Positions 9,724-21,554 of a stretch of DNA of 64,000 bases are shown piece by piece. The stretch's first letter is position 1; every line of letters begins with the position of its first letter. The stretch is from Candidatus Saccharimonadales bacterium (GTDB taxonomy: Bacteria > Acidobacteriota > Terriglobia > Acidiferrales > UBA7541), in the NCBI GenBank assembly GCA_035317965.1, contig DATHFT010000197.1, forward strand, positions 12,731 through 76,730, written 5' to 3'. The translations under genes were made by a program, and so were the position numbers. Below the pieces are notes generated by a model. That model was not told the DNA's origin. It worked only from the letters and a program-made list of their open reading frames with translations, and ran no database searches.

Positions 9724-11028
9724 ATGGCCGAAGCCACAGAAGCCACCTGCCGCCGCGAACTTGAACTCGAAATTCCCGCCGAGGAAGTCTCCAAGGCCAT
9801 GGAGCGTGTTGCGAAAGACTTCGCGCGCCTCGCCGCCGTTCCCGGATTCCGCAAAGGCAAAGCGCCCATTGCTCTGATTCGCCGGAAATTTGCCGACGAC
9901 ATCAAAGGCGAAGTCCTGCAGACTCTCGTTCCCGAAAAAGTGGAAAAAGCCGTTGTTGAACAAAAGTTTCAGCCCGTCTCGCAGCCGCAAATCGACCAAC
10001 TCGACTTCAACGAGGGCCAACCGCTGAAGTTTCGCGCGGTATTTGAAGTGCTCCCCGAGTTTGAACTGGGCAGCTACAAAGGCCTCGAACTCGAAATGCC
10101 TTCCGTCGACATCACCGAGGAAGACGTCACCAAAACCCTCGATGACATGCGCGAACGCAGCGCCACCTTTGCTCCCGTCGAGGGCCGCGCTGTCGAAAAT
10201 GGCGACTTCGCCCAGGTCAAGCTTAACGGCACACCCGAAGGCGAGGGCGAACCGCTGCAAGCCGACAGCGTCCTCTGCCATATTGGCGCAGAAGAGACCA
10301 TGGAGCCCTTCACCGCAAATCTCACGGGCGCGAATATCGGCGACCACAAAACGTTCGACGTAGACTACCCCGCCGACTATCCCGATCCCAAGCTCGCCGG
10401 CAAGAAATATCACTATGAAGTCGAAGTCCTCGGCATCAAGAACAAAAAGCTGGCCGACCTCAACGACGAGTTCGCCAAAGACGTCAGCGACGCGCAAACG
10501 CTAGATGAACTGAAAAGCAAAGTCCGCGAAGGCCTTGAGCATCAGCGCGACCACAAGCACCAGGACCTGCTCCGCGAAAAGGTCTTGGGTGAACTCGTCA
10601 AGCTGCATGACTTCCCTGTACCGGATTCGCTCGTCCAGCATCAAATGGATGTGCGGCTTGAACGTGTCGTTCGCTCACTCGCGCAACAAGGCGTGGACCC
10701 CCGCGCCGTAAACCTCGACTGGGTCGCCCTACGCGCTCGGCAACAGGACAAGGCTAAGGACGATGTCAAAGCCGAACTCATCATCGATCGCGTGGCCACC
10801 GCGGAAAACATTGACGTGACCGATGAAGAGGTCGAACACGAACTCGAACATCTTGCCAGCCATAGTGGCGAATCGGCGGAAGCGATTCGCGCTCGATTGA
10901 CAAAGCAGGGTGCGCTCGATAGGATGAAAGCTAAGCTGCGCAGCGACAAAACTCTTGACTGGATCGGACAAAACGCTAACGTCAAGACGGTTGCAGTGGC
11001 AGCGAGTGCGGCAACTGACTCAAAGTGA
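9724..11028 (+). CDS. tig: Trigger factor
   Basis: FRKGKAP motif, PPIase-like middle domain and a C-terminal helical arm. Conserved position upstream of clpP-clpX-lon. Confidence 0.95.
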   Translation: MAEATEATCRRELELEIPAEEVSKAMERVAKDFARLAAVPGFRKGKAPIALIRRKFADDIKGEVLQTLVPEKVEKAVVEQKFQPVSQPQIDQLDFNEGQPLKFRAVFEVLPEFELGSYKGLELEMPSVDITEEDVTKTLDDMRERSATFAPVEGRAVENGDFAQVKLNGTPEGEGEPLQADSVLCHIGAEETMEPFTANLTGANIGDHKTFDVDYPADYPDPKLAGKKYHYEVEVLGIKNKKLADLNDEFAKDVSDAQTLDELKSKVREGLEHQRDHKHQDLLREKVLGELVKLHDFPVPDSLVQHQMDVRLERVVRSLAQQGVDPRAVNLDWVALRARQQDKAKDDVKAELIIDRVATAENIDVTDEEVEHELEHLASHSGESAEAIRARLTKQGALDRMKAKLRSDKTLDWIGQNANVKTVAVAASAATDSK

Positions 11029-11063
11029 AACTTCCTGGCTACGCGCCCATTACCTCAACCTAA

Positions 11064-11684
11064 ATGAAAAATTTCGAAGAACCTGAATATCGCGGCACAA
11101 CTCTTGTACCGATGGTGGTCGAACAGACCAGCCGCGGCGAGCGCGCCTATGACATTTACTCGCGTCTGCTCAAAGAGCACATCATTTTTATCGGCACGCC
11201 GATCGATGACCACGTCGCCAACTTGGCAACCGCGCAAATGCTCTTTCTGCAGGCCGAGGATCCGGAAAAAGACATTCAGCTGTACATCAACTCCCCCGGT
11301 GGCTCGATCACGGCGGGTTTTGCAATTTATGACACGATGCAATTCGTGAAGCCCGACGTTGTCACCACGTGCATCGGTCAGGCCGCTTCGATTGCAGCGG
11401 TTTTGCTCGCCGGAGGCGCTGCCAAAAAGCGTTTTGCCCTTCCCAACGCGCGCATCCTCATTCACCAGCCCTGGATGTCCGGCCTCGGCGGCCAAGCAAC
11501 GGACATCGACCTGCATGCCAAGGAGATTTTGCGCATGCGCACCGTCATCAACGACATTCTTGCAAAGCACAGCGGCCAGCCGGTCGACCGCATTGAAAAA
11601 GACGTCGAGCGCGACTACATCATGAATCCGCAGCAGGCCAAAGACTACGGCATGATCGACGAGATCATCTATAAGCATCGCTAG
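11064..11684 (+). CDS. clpP: ATP-dependent Clp protease proteolytic subunit
   Basis: Sequence [30 protein letters not shown], with the catalytic Ser context [14 protein letters not shown] and His context ILIHQP. Confidence 0.97.
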   Translation: MKNFEEPEYRGTTLVPMVVEQTSRGERAYDIYSRLLKEHIIFIGTPIDDHVANLATAQMLFLQAEDPEKDIQLYINSPGGSITAGFAIYDTMQFVKPDVVTTCIGQAASIAAVLLAGGAAKKRFALPNARILIHQPWMSGLGGQATDIDLHAKEILRMRTVINDILAKHSGQPVDRIEKDVERDYIMNPQQAKDYGMIDEIIYKHR

Positions 11685-11849
11685 GTTTGGCCGCGCTTCC
11701 GGGGGGCGCAGCGACACGGATTCTGGACAAAGGCGTGGTTCCAATAAGTTAGCAGCGTCTCTACTTTCTCTTTCTCACGAGGGATTTTTCGCTTAGAATA
11801 ATGGTTAGAGACTCCGTCGAAGCCCAGCGGAGACGAGGCCTTCACACCG

Positions 11850-13100
11850 GTGAAAAAGTACAACCCAGACGAGCCACTGCGCTGCTCCTTCTGCCATAAA
11901 ACGCAGGAGCAGGTCGAAAAGCTGATCAGTTCGCCTTCGGACTATCCGCGGGCCTACATCTGCAACGAGTGCGTCGGGGTTTGCCAGACCATACTTGAAG
12001 ACGAAAAGCGCGAGCAGGCCACGGCGCCCGCCAAGCAGCTCCCCCGCCCGCCCGAAATCAAACGCTTCCTCGACGGCTACGTCATCGGGCAGGACCGCAC
12101 CAAGAAAAAGCTTTCGGTTGCCGTCTACAACCACTACAAGCGTATTTTTTTGAACAAGCAACCGGGCGAAGTGGAATTGAGCAAGTCCAATATTCTATTG
12201 ATCGGCCCGACCGGAACGGGAAAAACACTGCTGGCGCAAACGCTCTCGCGCATGCTGGACGTTCCATTCGCCATTGTGGACGCCACGACCCTCACAGAAG
12301 CCGGTTATGTCGGTGAAGACGTCGAAAATATCATTTTGAAGCTGCTGCAAGCCGCCGACGGCGACGTGCAAAAGGCGCAGCAAGGCATCATCTACATCGA
12401 TGAAATCGATAAGATTGCCAAAAAGGACGAAAATCCGTCCATTACGCGGGATGTCAGCGGCGAAGGCGTACAGCAGGCCCTGCTGAAAATCCTAGAAGGT
12501 ACGATCGCCAACGTTCCTCCGCAGGGCGGCCGCAAGCACCCGCACCAGGAATTTACGCCAGTCGATACCACGAACATTCTATTTATCTGCGGTGGCGCAT
12601 TCGTCGGCCTGGAGAAAATTATCGAAAAGCGCGCGGGACGCAAAGCGCTCGGGTTCCACACCGACGCCACGCCAACCACAGCGCAACGCCGCAATACCGA
12701 ATTGCTTGAACATGTGCAGCCCGGCGATTTGATACGCTATGGCCTGATTCCCGAATTTGTGGGCCGCCTGCCGGTTGCTGGCGTGATGAACGATTTGGAC
12801 AAAGGTGCGCTCGTAAAAATCCTCACCGAGCCGAAAAACGCGCTGCTCAAGCAGTACCAGCGCCTCTTTGAATTTGAAAATGTGCGCTTGCGCTTTACCG
12901 ACGACGCTCTCGAGACCGTGGCAGAGTTAGCACTTCAGCGCAAGGTCGGCGCGCGCGGCTTGCGAATGATCCTCGAAGACCTCATGCTGGAACTGATGTA
13001 CCACCTCCCGATGCAGCGGAAGGTGCGCGATTTCGTCGTCACCGCAGAAATGGTCCGCACGCGCGAAATCAATTGGAGCTTGCTCGAGAAGGCCGGCTAA
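11850..13100 (+). CDS. clpX: ATP-dependent Clp protease ATP-binding subunit ClpX
   Basis: N-terminal zinc finger CSFCHK...CNEC, Walker A GPTGTGKT, and the IYIDEIDKI sequence. GTG start at 11850. Confidence 0.97.
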   Translation: MKKYNPDEPLRCSFCHKTQEQVEKLISSPSDYPRAYICNECVGVCQTILEDEKREQATAPAKQLPRPPEIKRFLDGYVIGQDRTKKKLSVAVYNHYKRIFLNKQPGEVELSKSNILLIGPTGTGKTLLAQTLSRMLDVPFAIVDATTLTEAGYVGEDVENIILKLLQAADGDVQKAQQGIIYIDEIDKIAKKDENPSITRDVSGEGVQQALLKILEGTIANVPPQGGRKHPHQEFTPVDTTNILFICGGAFVGLEKIIEKRAGRKALGFHTDATPTTAQRRNTELLEHVQPGDLIRYGLIPEFVGRLPVAGVMNDLDKGALVKILTEPKNALLKQYQRLFEFENVRLRFTDDALETVAELALQRKVGARGLRMILEDLMLELMYHLPMQRKVRDFVVTAEMVRTREINWSLLEKAG

Positions 13101-13223
13101 CAGGCGAGGCCGCAGGCCGTTCTAGCGTGCCGGCAGTTCACGATCTTCGGACTTTGAGTTCAGATTTTCTGAGGCAGGGCGCGCCGATTTGTAGGTTGCG
13201 AGTAGCGAATTCCAGGGGCTGTA

Positions 13224-15632
<2,409 letters not shown>

Positions 15633-15859
15633 TCAGCGCAGTCTGGGACCCGGCTCACCCTGTGGGCCGTAGTCGGTTCAAGTTTGCAGTGGCCCCTCTC
15701 TGCCGCAGGTTGTAGAAAGTCTGGTTTGCCCCACTCTGTCGTTTGTTTTACCCGCCAGTTTGGAGCGCCACCCCGTAAACAATCCGCATCTTCGTTGGCT
15801 GTTTCGCAGTCACCCAAGTAGTAAGGTCAATTCTTACAATCAAAACTAGCTAAGGATAT

Positions 15860-17155
<1,296 letters not shown>

Positions 17156-17331
17156 GCAGAAGTCATTTGTTTGGATGGCGGCGTGAGCCGCCGCCCACTG
17201 CCCTTCCCGCAAGCGCCCTCAGAGCCACGCTTGGTGTTTCTTGCCGTTCCGTCGCTGGAATAGCCGTTCGCGGGTCCGACTCCTGCGGCAGAGCCCTGCC
17301 GATTCGCGATCCGATGAAAATTGTCCCCTGC

Positions 17332-17366
17332 AAAAAAAATGGCGCGGCGAATCTCTCCGCCGCGCC
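17332..17366 (-). terminator. Rho-independent terminator downstream of rsr
   Basis: The minus strand reads GGCGCGGCG-GAGAGATT-CGCCGCGCC (9-bp GC stem) followed by A and T8. It lies 27 nt after the rsr stop. Confidence 0.75.
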
Positions 17367-17392
17367 GGCCCGTTGCCAGTCATTTACATCCT

Positions 17393-18721
17393 TTACTCCG
17401 CGGCTTCCTCCACCGCAGCGATGTAATCCAGTACCCGCTCCGACCATCCGTCGATATGCGTCCAACCATCCCCATAACTGATCCCCGGCTTGTACGGCGC
17501 CACGTTCACCACGTAGGCCTTTTCCGTCCACGCCGGCAGGATTCCGTCATGCGATTGTTCGTCCGTAATCACGATCAACCGGTCGAGTTCCTGCCATCCT
17601 TTCCGTTCGTGAAGTTCCGACAAAGCCCGCTTCAAATACGTCCCAGAGTGCGCCTGAGAATTCTCAATCGCATCGCGCAACGCAAATCCTCGGCGCGCCG
17701 GCACCTCCACACACTTGTCTGAAAACGTTGCCGCCGAAAACTCCTCCGCCTTTTCGCGGAGCAGAATCGCCAGCCCGCACGCCGCATCCACGCGCGTGGT
17801 CTCGCCCTTATTCGAAAGCCGGGAATTCATCGACCCGGATACGTCAACGAGCAGTCCCGTCGATCCCGCCAGCTTCCGAAGTCCGGCGATCCCCGCCAGC
17901 ATCGCCTCTTCGATGGCCTCCTCAAGCTTCGGAGCGTGCCGCGCCGCCGTCACAAATCGAAACGGCAACGCGCGCGCCACTCCTTTCCTGAGCCGGTCAC
18001 GGATCAGTTGCGGATCCACTCCCGCTGCCAGCATCAGACGCAGGTTCCGCAGGGTTGCCAATCCGCCCAGCTTGCACTCGCGCAGCAGACGTTCGAAGTT
18101 CTCGCGCTTGTCCTTCCCTGCGGACAAGACAACCTCCCAAGTGTCGGGAGATTCGAGCGTGTTCTCAACGAGCTTCTTCCAAACGGCTTCCTGCGCTGCA
18201 TCTTTCGGCTTCGCATGGCACAAAAACAGCACGTCGCGGAGCTTCACTTTCGCATCGCGGTTGTACTTCGCCAGCTGGTACGCGTCGAACTTCTGGAACG
18301 CACGCGCCAACCCGCGCTTTACTCCCGCCGAAAGCGGCTGCTTTTTGTCCTTCCAGTACAACGAAACGAACTCACCAAGCTCGTCCGCGCGCTGGATCAC
18401 CTGCTCAAGCGTTTGCGCCACCAGCGACCCCGTCCCTTTACGGCGCGCCAGTTCGCGTACCAGGAAGAGTGGAGCATGGCGCAGTTGCATCGCGTCGCGC
18501 GCTTCTTGTGCCACAGCGACCACCGTTTCTGGTTTGTTCTCTGCCACGAGTCTTGCAATTCGTTCCGCAATGTCGCTTCCCTTTTCGTAAAACGCGTCTT
18601 CCCACAACAAACACGTCGCCACCGTGCGCCGCAATTCGCGCTTCACGTCCACGCGCTGCGCCACTGCACCTTCATGCGTCCGCAACGGAAGCGTCTTCTT
18701 CCAGACATTCATCTTCGCCAT
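17393..18721 (-). CDS. rsr: Ro60-related protein (TROVE domain plus vWA domain)
   Basis: N-terminal THEGAVAQ...LLWEDAFYEKG...LRHAPLFLVRELAR matches bacterial TROVE/Rsr proteins. The C-terminal vWA has a DVSGSM (DxSxS) MIDAS motif. The ATG at 18721 is preceded by GGAGA. Confidence 0.85.
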   Translation of the reverse strand: MAKMNVWKKTLPLRTHEGAVAQRVDVKRELRRTVATCLLWEDAFYEKGSDIAERIARLVAENKPETVVAVAQEARDAMQLRHAPLFLVRELARRKGTGSLVAQTLEQVIQRADELGEFVSLYWKDKKQPLSAGVKRGLARAFQKFDAYQLAKYNRDAKVKLRDVLFLCHAKPKDAAQEAVWKKLVENTLESPDTWEVVLSAGKDKRENFERLLRECKLGGLATLRNLRLMLAAGVDPQLIRDRLRKGVARALPFRFVTAARHAPKLEEAIEEAMLAGIAGLRKLAGSTGLLVDVSGSMNSRLSNKGETTRVDAACGLAILLREKAEEFSAATFSDKCVEVPARRGFALRDAIENSQAHSGTYLKRALSELHERKGWQELDRLIVITDEQSHDGILPAWTEKAYVVNVAPYKPGISYGDGWTHIDGWSERVLDYIAAVEEAAE

Positions 18722-18768
18722 CACTGCACTTCTCCTTTCCGCCGCACGTGATCGAACCGTGCAGCTGC

Positions 18769-18777
18769 TTTCAGAAA
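18769..18777. repeat. TTTCAGAAA palindrome (copy 3 of 3 in the rsr upstream tract)
   Basis: Perfect TTTC-A-GAAA palindrome about 45 nt upstream of the rsr start. Related copies are at 19058-19068 and 19495-19509. Confidence 0.3.
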
Positions 18778-18919
18778 TCGCCGGACGGGAACTTCAGGCG
18801 CACTGCCATTCGGGGGCAGCCCGCACTGCTGGACCGGGCTGGCTGCCAACCGCTCCCTTCCCCGGCGTTCACCAGGGTGCTCTGCCGCAGTACGACTCAG
18901 TCCACCACACCGAAACTAC

Positions 18920-19055
18920 TTGCGGCGGGAATCGGCGGCGAGAGTCTTTCTCCGCTGCTCTGCCACTGAGCTACAGTGACTTTCGTCACCGGCAGGACTC
19001 GAACCTGCGACCAACGGTTTTCGTCGATGTAACTCACGCCTTCACCACGCCGCAA
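18920..19055 (-). ncRNA. YrlA-class bacterial Y RNA candidate with a circularly permuted tRNA-like domain
   Basis: The minus strand at 19012-18957 reads variable-like GGTC, T arm GCAGG-TTCGAGT-CCTGC, 7-bp acceptor-like helix CGGTGAC/GTCACTG closed by GAAA, then TA, then D arm GCTC-AGTGGCA-GAGC. The flanks can pair: TTGCGGCG at 19055-19048 with CGCCGCAA at 18927-18920. It lies about 200 nt upstream of rsr on the same strand. The exact ends are not determined. Confidence 0.7.
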
Positions 19056-19057
19056 AC

Positions 19058-19068
19058 TTTTCAGAAAA
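19058..19068. repeat. TTTTCAGAAAA palindrome (copy 2 of 3)
   Basis: Perfect TTTTC-A-GAAAA palindrome immediately 5' (minus-strand sense) of the Y RNA candidate's outer stem. Confidence 0.3.
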
Positions 19069-19328
19069 ACTCTTCTTTCACTCCTTCGTTGCTGGACTGC
19101 TTCTTTGTTTCGCGCTGTAGATACACCCCAACCCTTACAGTGAGCGCCGCGCTCACGTTCACCAGCTTTTCCGGGAGGAACCAGCGTCTACGGTCTCGGG
19201 GTTTCGGACCCCAGCCTTGCGGCTTCATCCAGCGAAGTATCCGTAAACTACGCCATCCCAGGAAATACCCTGTAGCGAAGTCAATGCATCGAAACGACTT
19301 GGGCGGTTTTGTTCGTTACGGTCGCGCG

Positions 19329-19457
19329 AAAAAAGCAGTGCACACGACGTTGCCGCCTTGCTTCAATCCGAATTGGCTTTTGTCGTCGTGTCTCATTCTC
19401 TGCTCTTCTCGCTCAGTGAGGACCTGCACAAAAATGCAGCAGGCGTACGACTGAGGT
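19329..19457 (-). ncRNA. Promoter-proximal structured RNA candidate (function unknown)
   Basis: It lies downstream of the TTGACA promoter. Stem CTCAGT/ACTGAG (19455-19450 with 19417-19412) encloses hairpin CCTGC...GCAGG (19443-19423). An 8-bp stem ACACGACG/CGTCGTGT (19391-19384 with 19349-19342) follows, then T6 at 19334-19329. The call is based on structure only. Confidence 0.25.
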
Positions 19458-19463
19458 AATCTG

Positions 19464-19492
19464 AAAGTAAACGGAGATCGCAAATCTGTCAA
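19464..19492 (-). promoter_or_regulatory. Sigma70-like promoter at the head of the rsr upstream tract
   Basis: The minus strand has TTGACA (19492-19487), a 17-nt spacer, then TACTTT (19469-19464). The -35 is perfect and the -10 is weak. It starts about 70 nt after the stop of the upstream MBL gene. Confidence 0.35.
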
Positions 19493-19494
19493 GC

Positions 19495-19509
19495 TTTTTC
19501 TCAGAAAAA
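19495..19509. repeat. TTTTTCT-C-AGAAAAA palindrome (copy 1 of 3)
   Basis: Perfect 15-nt palindrome directly abutting the -35 element of the candidate promoter. Confidence 0.3.
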
Positions 19510-19559
19510 CAGTAAAATTGGCCCATTTTTCGTATAACTTGTTAATTTTCAAGTACCTG

Positions 19560-20588
19560 TCATTTTTTTTCGTAGGTTTTACTAAATCCGTTTCGCGAAT
19601 TCAGCAAGGTGAACGTACCGTCGGCCGACGCCGTCGCTTTGATAAATTTTCCTTCGCACTTTTCCTCCACATTCGCAATCAACTCTTCCTTCGAGTTGTG
19701 TTCCTTACCCGCCGCAATCGCGTAGTGCAGTTGCCATACTTCGGGATTTCCTGGAGCATCATGCGCGATCTGCCAGGCTGCCGCGTCGCCACCTTTCTTC
19801 GCGCCCGTTTCCATTACGCTCGCCCGGGGATGCAGTGCATGTACCAGCGCTTTCGGATTCGAAGTATCTCCGCCATGGTGCTCCATCAAAAATAGATCCA
19901 CAGTCCCGACCAGATTGTTCGGACATACCAACTCCACTTCTTTCTTCTTGGTCAAATCTCCCAGATCGAGAAACCTGAATTTTCCAAATGTCACTAGTAT
20001 TCCCAGCGACTGGGCATTCTCACTCGGGTCAACTTCGGCCGCCGGCTCTGACCCGCACAACGGGTTGGCCTGTCCGGCCCCCGGCAACGCCGCGGAAATG
20101 TGCTGCCCTGCCGCGGTCATTACTTCAACCTTCATTCCTTTTGTGGGAATAAAATCGCCCGGCTTCACCGTCATCTGCCGATCCCCGGCCACCTTCTTGT
20201 ACGCGGCAAATATCTCCGGAGTATTTCCATCCGTCTCCACGCTCGCCCCATGATCGACAAATTTCCCAATCTTGATCTTCTCCGCCAGCTGCGGCACACC
20301 CCCGGTATGATCCATGTGATAGTGCGTCAGCACCACGTAGTCGATTTGCGTAAGCCCCGCATCCTTGGCCGCCGCCACAATCCGATCCGCATCCCTCCCG
20401 CCATTCCCCGGCCAGCCCGTATCCACTAGAATCGACTCGCCCGTCGGGCTCACAATTAAGGTCGACTGGCCGCCCTCCACGTCGATAAAATATATCTTTA
20501 ACTCCTTACCTGCGGCGGCCGATGTTCCCGCAAAAAGAATCAGCAACATCGTAAGGGTCTTGCGCATAAGTTTGCTGGATCGCTGCAT
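19560..20588 (-). CDS. Secreted MBL-fold metallo-hydrolase
   Basis: Signal-peptide-like N-terminus (MLLILFAGTSAAAG) and the HYHMDHTGG (HxHxDH) motif. Confidence 0.8.
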   Translation of the reverse strand: MQRSSKLMRKTLTMLLILFAGTSAAAGKELKIYFIDVEGGQSTLIVSPTGESILVDTGWPGNGGRDADRIVAAAKDAGLTQIDYVVLTHYHMDHTGGVPQLAEKIKIGKFVDHGASVETDGNTPEIFAAYKKVAGDRQMTVKPGDFIPTKGMKVEVMTAAGQHISAALPGAGQANPLCGSEPAAEVDPSENAQSLGILVTFGKFRFLDLGDLTKKKEVELVCPNNLVGTVDLFLMEHHGGDTSNPKALVHALHPRASVMETGAKKGGDAAAWQIAHDAPGNPEVWQLHYAIAAGKEHNSKEELIANVEEKCEGKFIKATASADGTFTLLNSRNGFSKTYEKK

Positions 20589-20682
20589 TGTGGGACCTCG
20601 CTAATTCACGCAAAGTGTTCAGACTAAATCAGCCCCAGTCTGCCCCATCCACGAATTTCCGGCAACCACATCCTCAGTCATG

Positions 20683-21366
20683 TCAGCCTCTTTTGCCCTC
20701 TGCCAACCGCGTCTGCAAATAACTCACCAACTCCGACCCCGAATTGGTCATCTCCGTTCCAAAGGCATCCATCTGACTCGTCAAATGGTTGTAGCACCAC
20801 ACAGCCGGCACCGCCACCGACAACCCAATTGCGGTCGTCAGCAGCGCCTCGGAAATCGACCCTGCAATTACCTTGATCACCGTCGTGTGCGCCAATCCAA
20901 TGTTCTTGAACGCATCCAGAATCCCGATTACCGTTCCAAACAAGCCCACGAACGGGGCCGTCGCTGCAATCGTCGCCAACCCGCTCAGCCCGCGCTTCAT
21001 CTCATCCTGCGTCGACGCTGCCGATCTTTCAAGGCTCAGCTTCACATTCTCGATCACTTCGGTCTGCGTCATCTTCGATGAAGCAGACGTAAAATCCAGC
21101 AAGCCTGCCGCTACCACGCTTGCAATGTGACTTTCCTTGCTGACCTCCGCGGCCGAAATCGCCTCCTCCAATTTTCCTTCTCGAAACGCCGCCGCCGAAC
21201 GTTCAATGTACAAAACCGATTGCCTCCGCGCCGCGCGATACCGCAGGAATCGACTCACCGCTACCACCGCCGATCGCAAGAACATCACCGCCAGCACGAT
21301 CACCACTCCGTGACACAACATCCCCATCGACTTCCACAACTCCACCAAGTTCGATTCACTATCCAT
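20683..21366 (-). CDS. MotA/TolQ/ExbB proton-channel family protein
   Basis: C-terminal GLATIAATAPFVGLFGTVIGILDAF...ALLTTAIGLSVAVPAV is the family signature. The ATG at 21366 (MDSESNLVELW) is preferred over the track start at 21456. Confidence 0.8.
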   Translation of the reverse strand: MDSESNLVELWKSMGMLCHGVVIVLAVMFLRSAVVAVSRFLRYRAARRQSVLYIERSAAAFREGKLEEAISAAEVSKESHIASVVAAGLLDFTSASSKMTQTEVIENVKLSLERSAASTQDEMKRGLSGLATIAATAPFVGLFGTVIGILDAFKNIGLAHTTVIKVIAGSISEALLTTAIGLSVAVPAVWCYNHLTSQMDAFGTEMTNSGSELVSYLQTRLAEGKRG

Positions 21367-21554
21367 AGCAATCCTCCTCGAATCGATATTTCGAGCGCAA
21401 TCCAGACACACCACCACGTCGCCGTCGGCGCGCGAAAAGCACACGCGAGCGATCATCCGTTCCGCTTCTATTTCATGGTTATTGACAATCCAGGACTTGT
21501 TAGCCTGGCGCCCTGCTATTCAGTAGACACCAGCACCCACAACAAAGTGCCCCG

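Noticed and set aside
17177-17192. A terminator hairpin GGCGGC-GTGA-GCCGCC after rho.
   Set aside because: The stem is only 6 bp and no T-tract follows. It may contribute to termination, but it is not convincing as an intrinsic terminator.
18792-18808. A sigma54 (-24/-12) promoter for rsr: TGGCAG-N5-CTGAA on the minus strand.
   Set aside because: The -12 element does not match the TTGC consensus, and no enhancer-binding protein gene is nearby.
18957-19012. A canonical tRNA gene on the minus strand.
   Set aside because: T arm, acceptor-like helix and D arm are present, but in permuted order (T arm first, acceptor closed by GAAA). There is no anticodon arm. It is better explained as the tRNA-like domain of a Y RNA.
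19201-19216. Minus-strand GGCTGGGGTCCGAAAC, which resembles the GGCUGGUCCGA 5' end of metazoan Y RNAs.
   Set aside because: The string is more simply explained by two adjacent local hairpins (AGCC-GCAA-GGCU and GGGGT-CCGAA-ACCCC). I found no downstream partner strand. The only TTGACT lies upstream. It is kept only as a note within the tract finding.
19316-19552. A 78-aa minus-strand ORF, and its 26-aa ATG-initiated tail MRHDDKSQFGLKQGGNVVCTAFFARP, inside the rsr upstream tract.
   Set aside because: The long form starts upstream of the candidate promoter and has no family resemblance. The short form has only a weak purine-rich stretch as an RBS. A small peptide cannot be excluded, but the RNA-structure explanation seems more likely.
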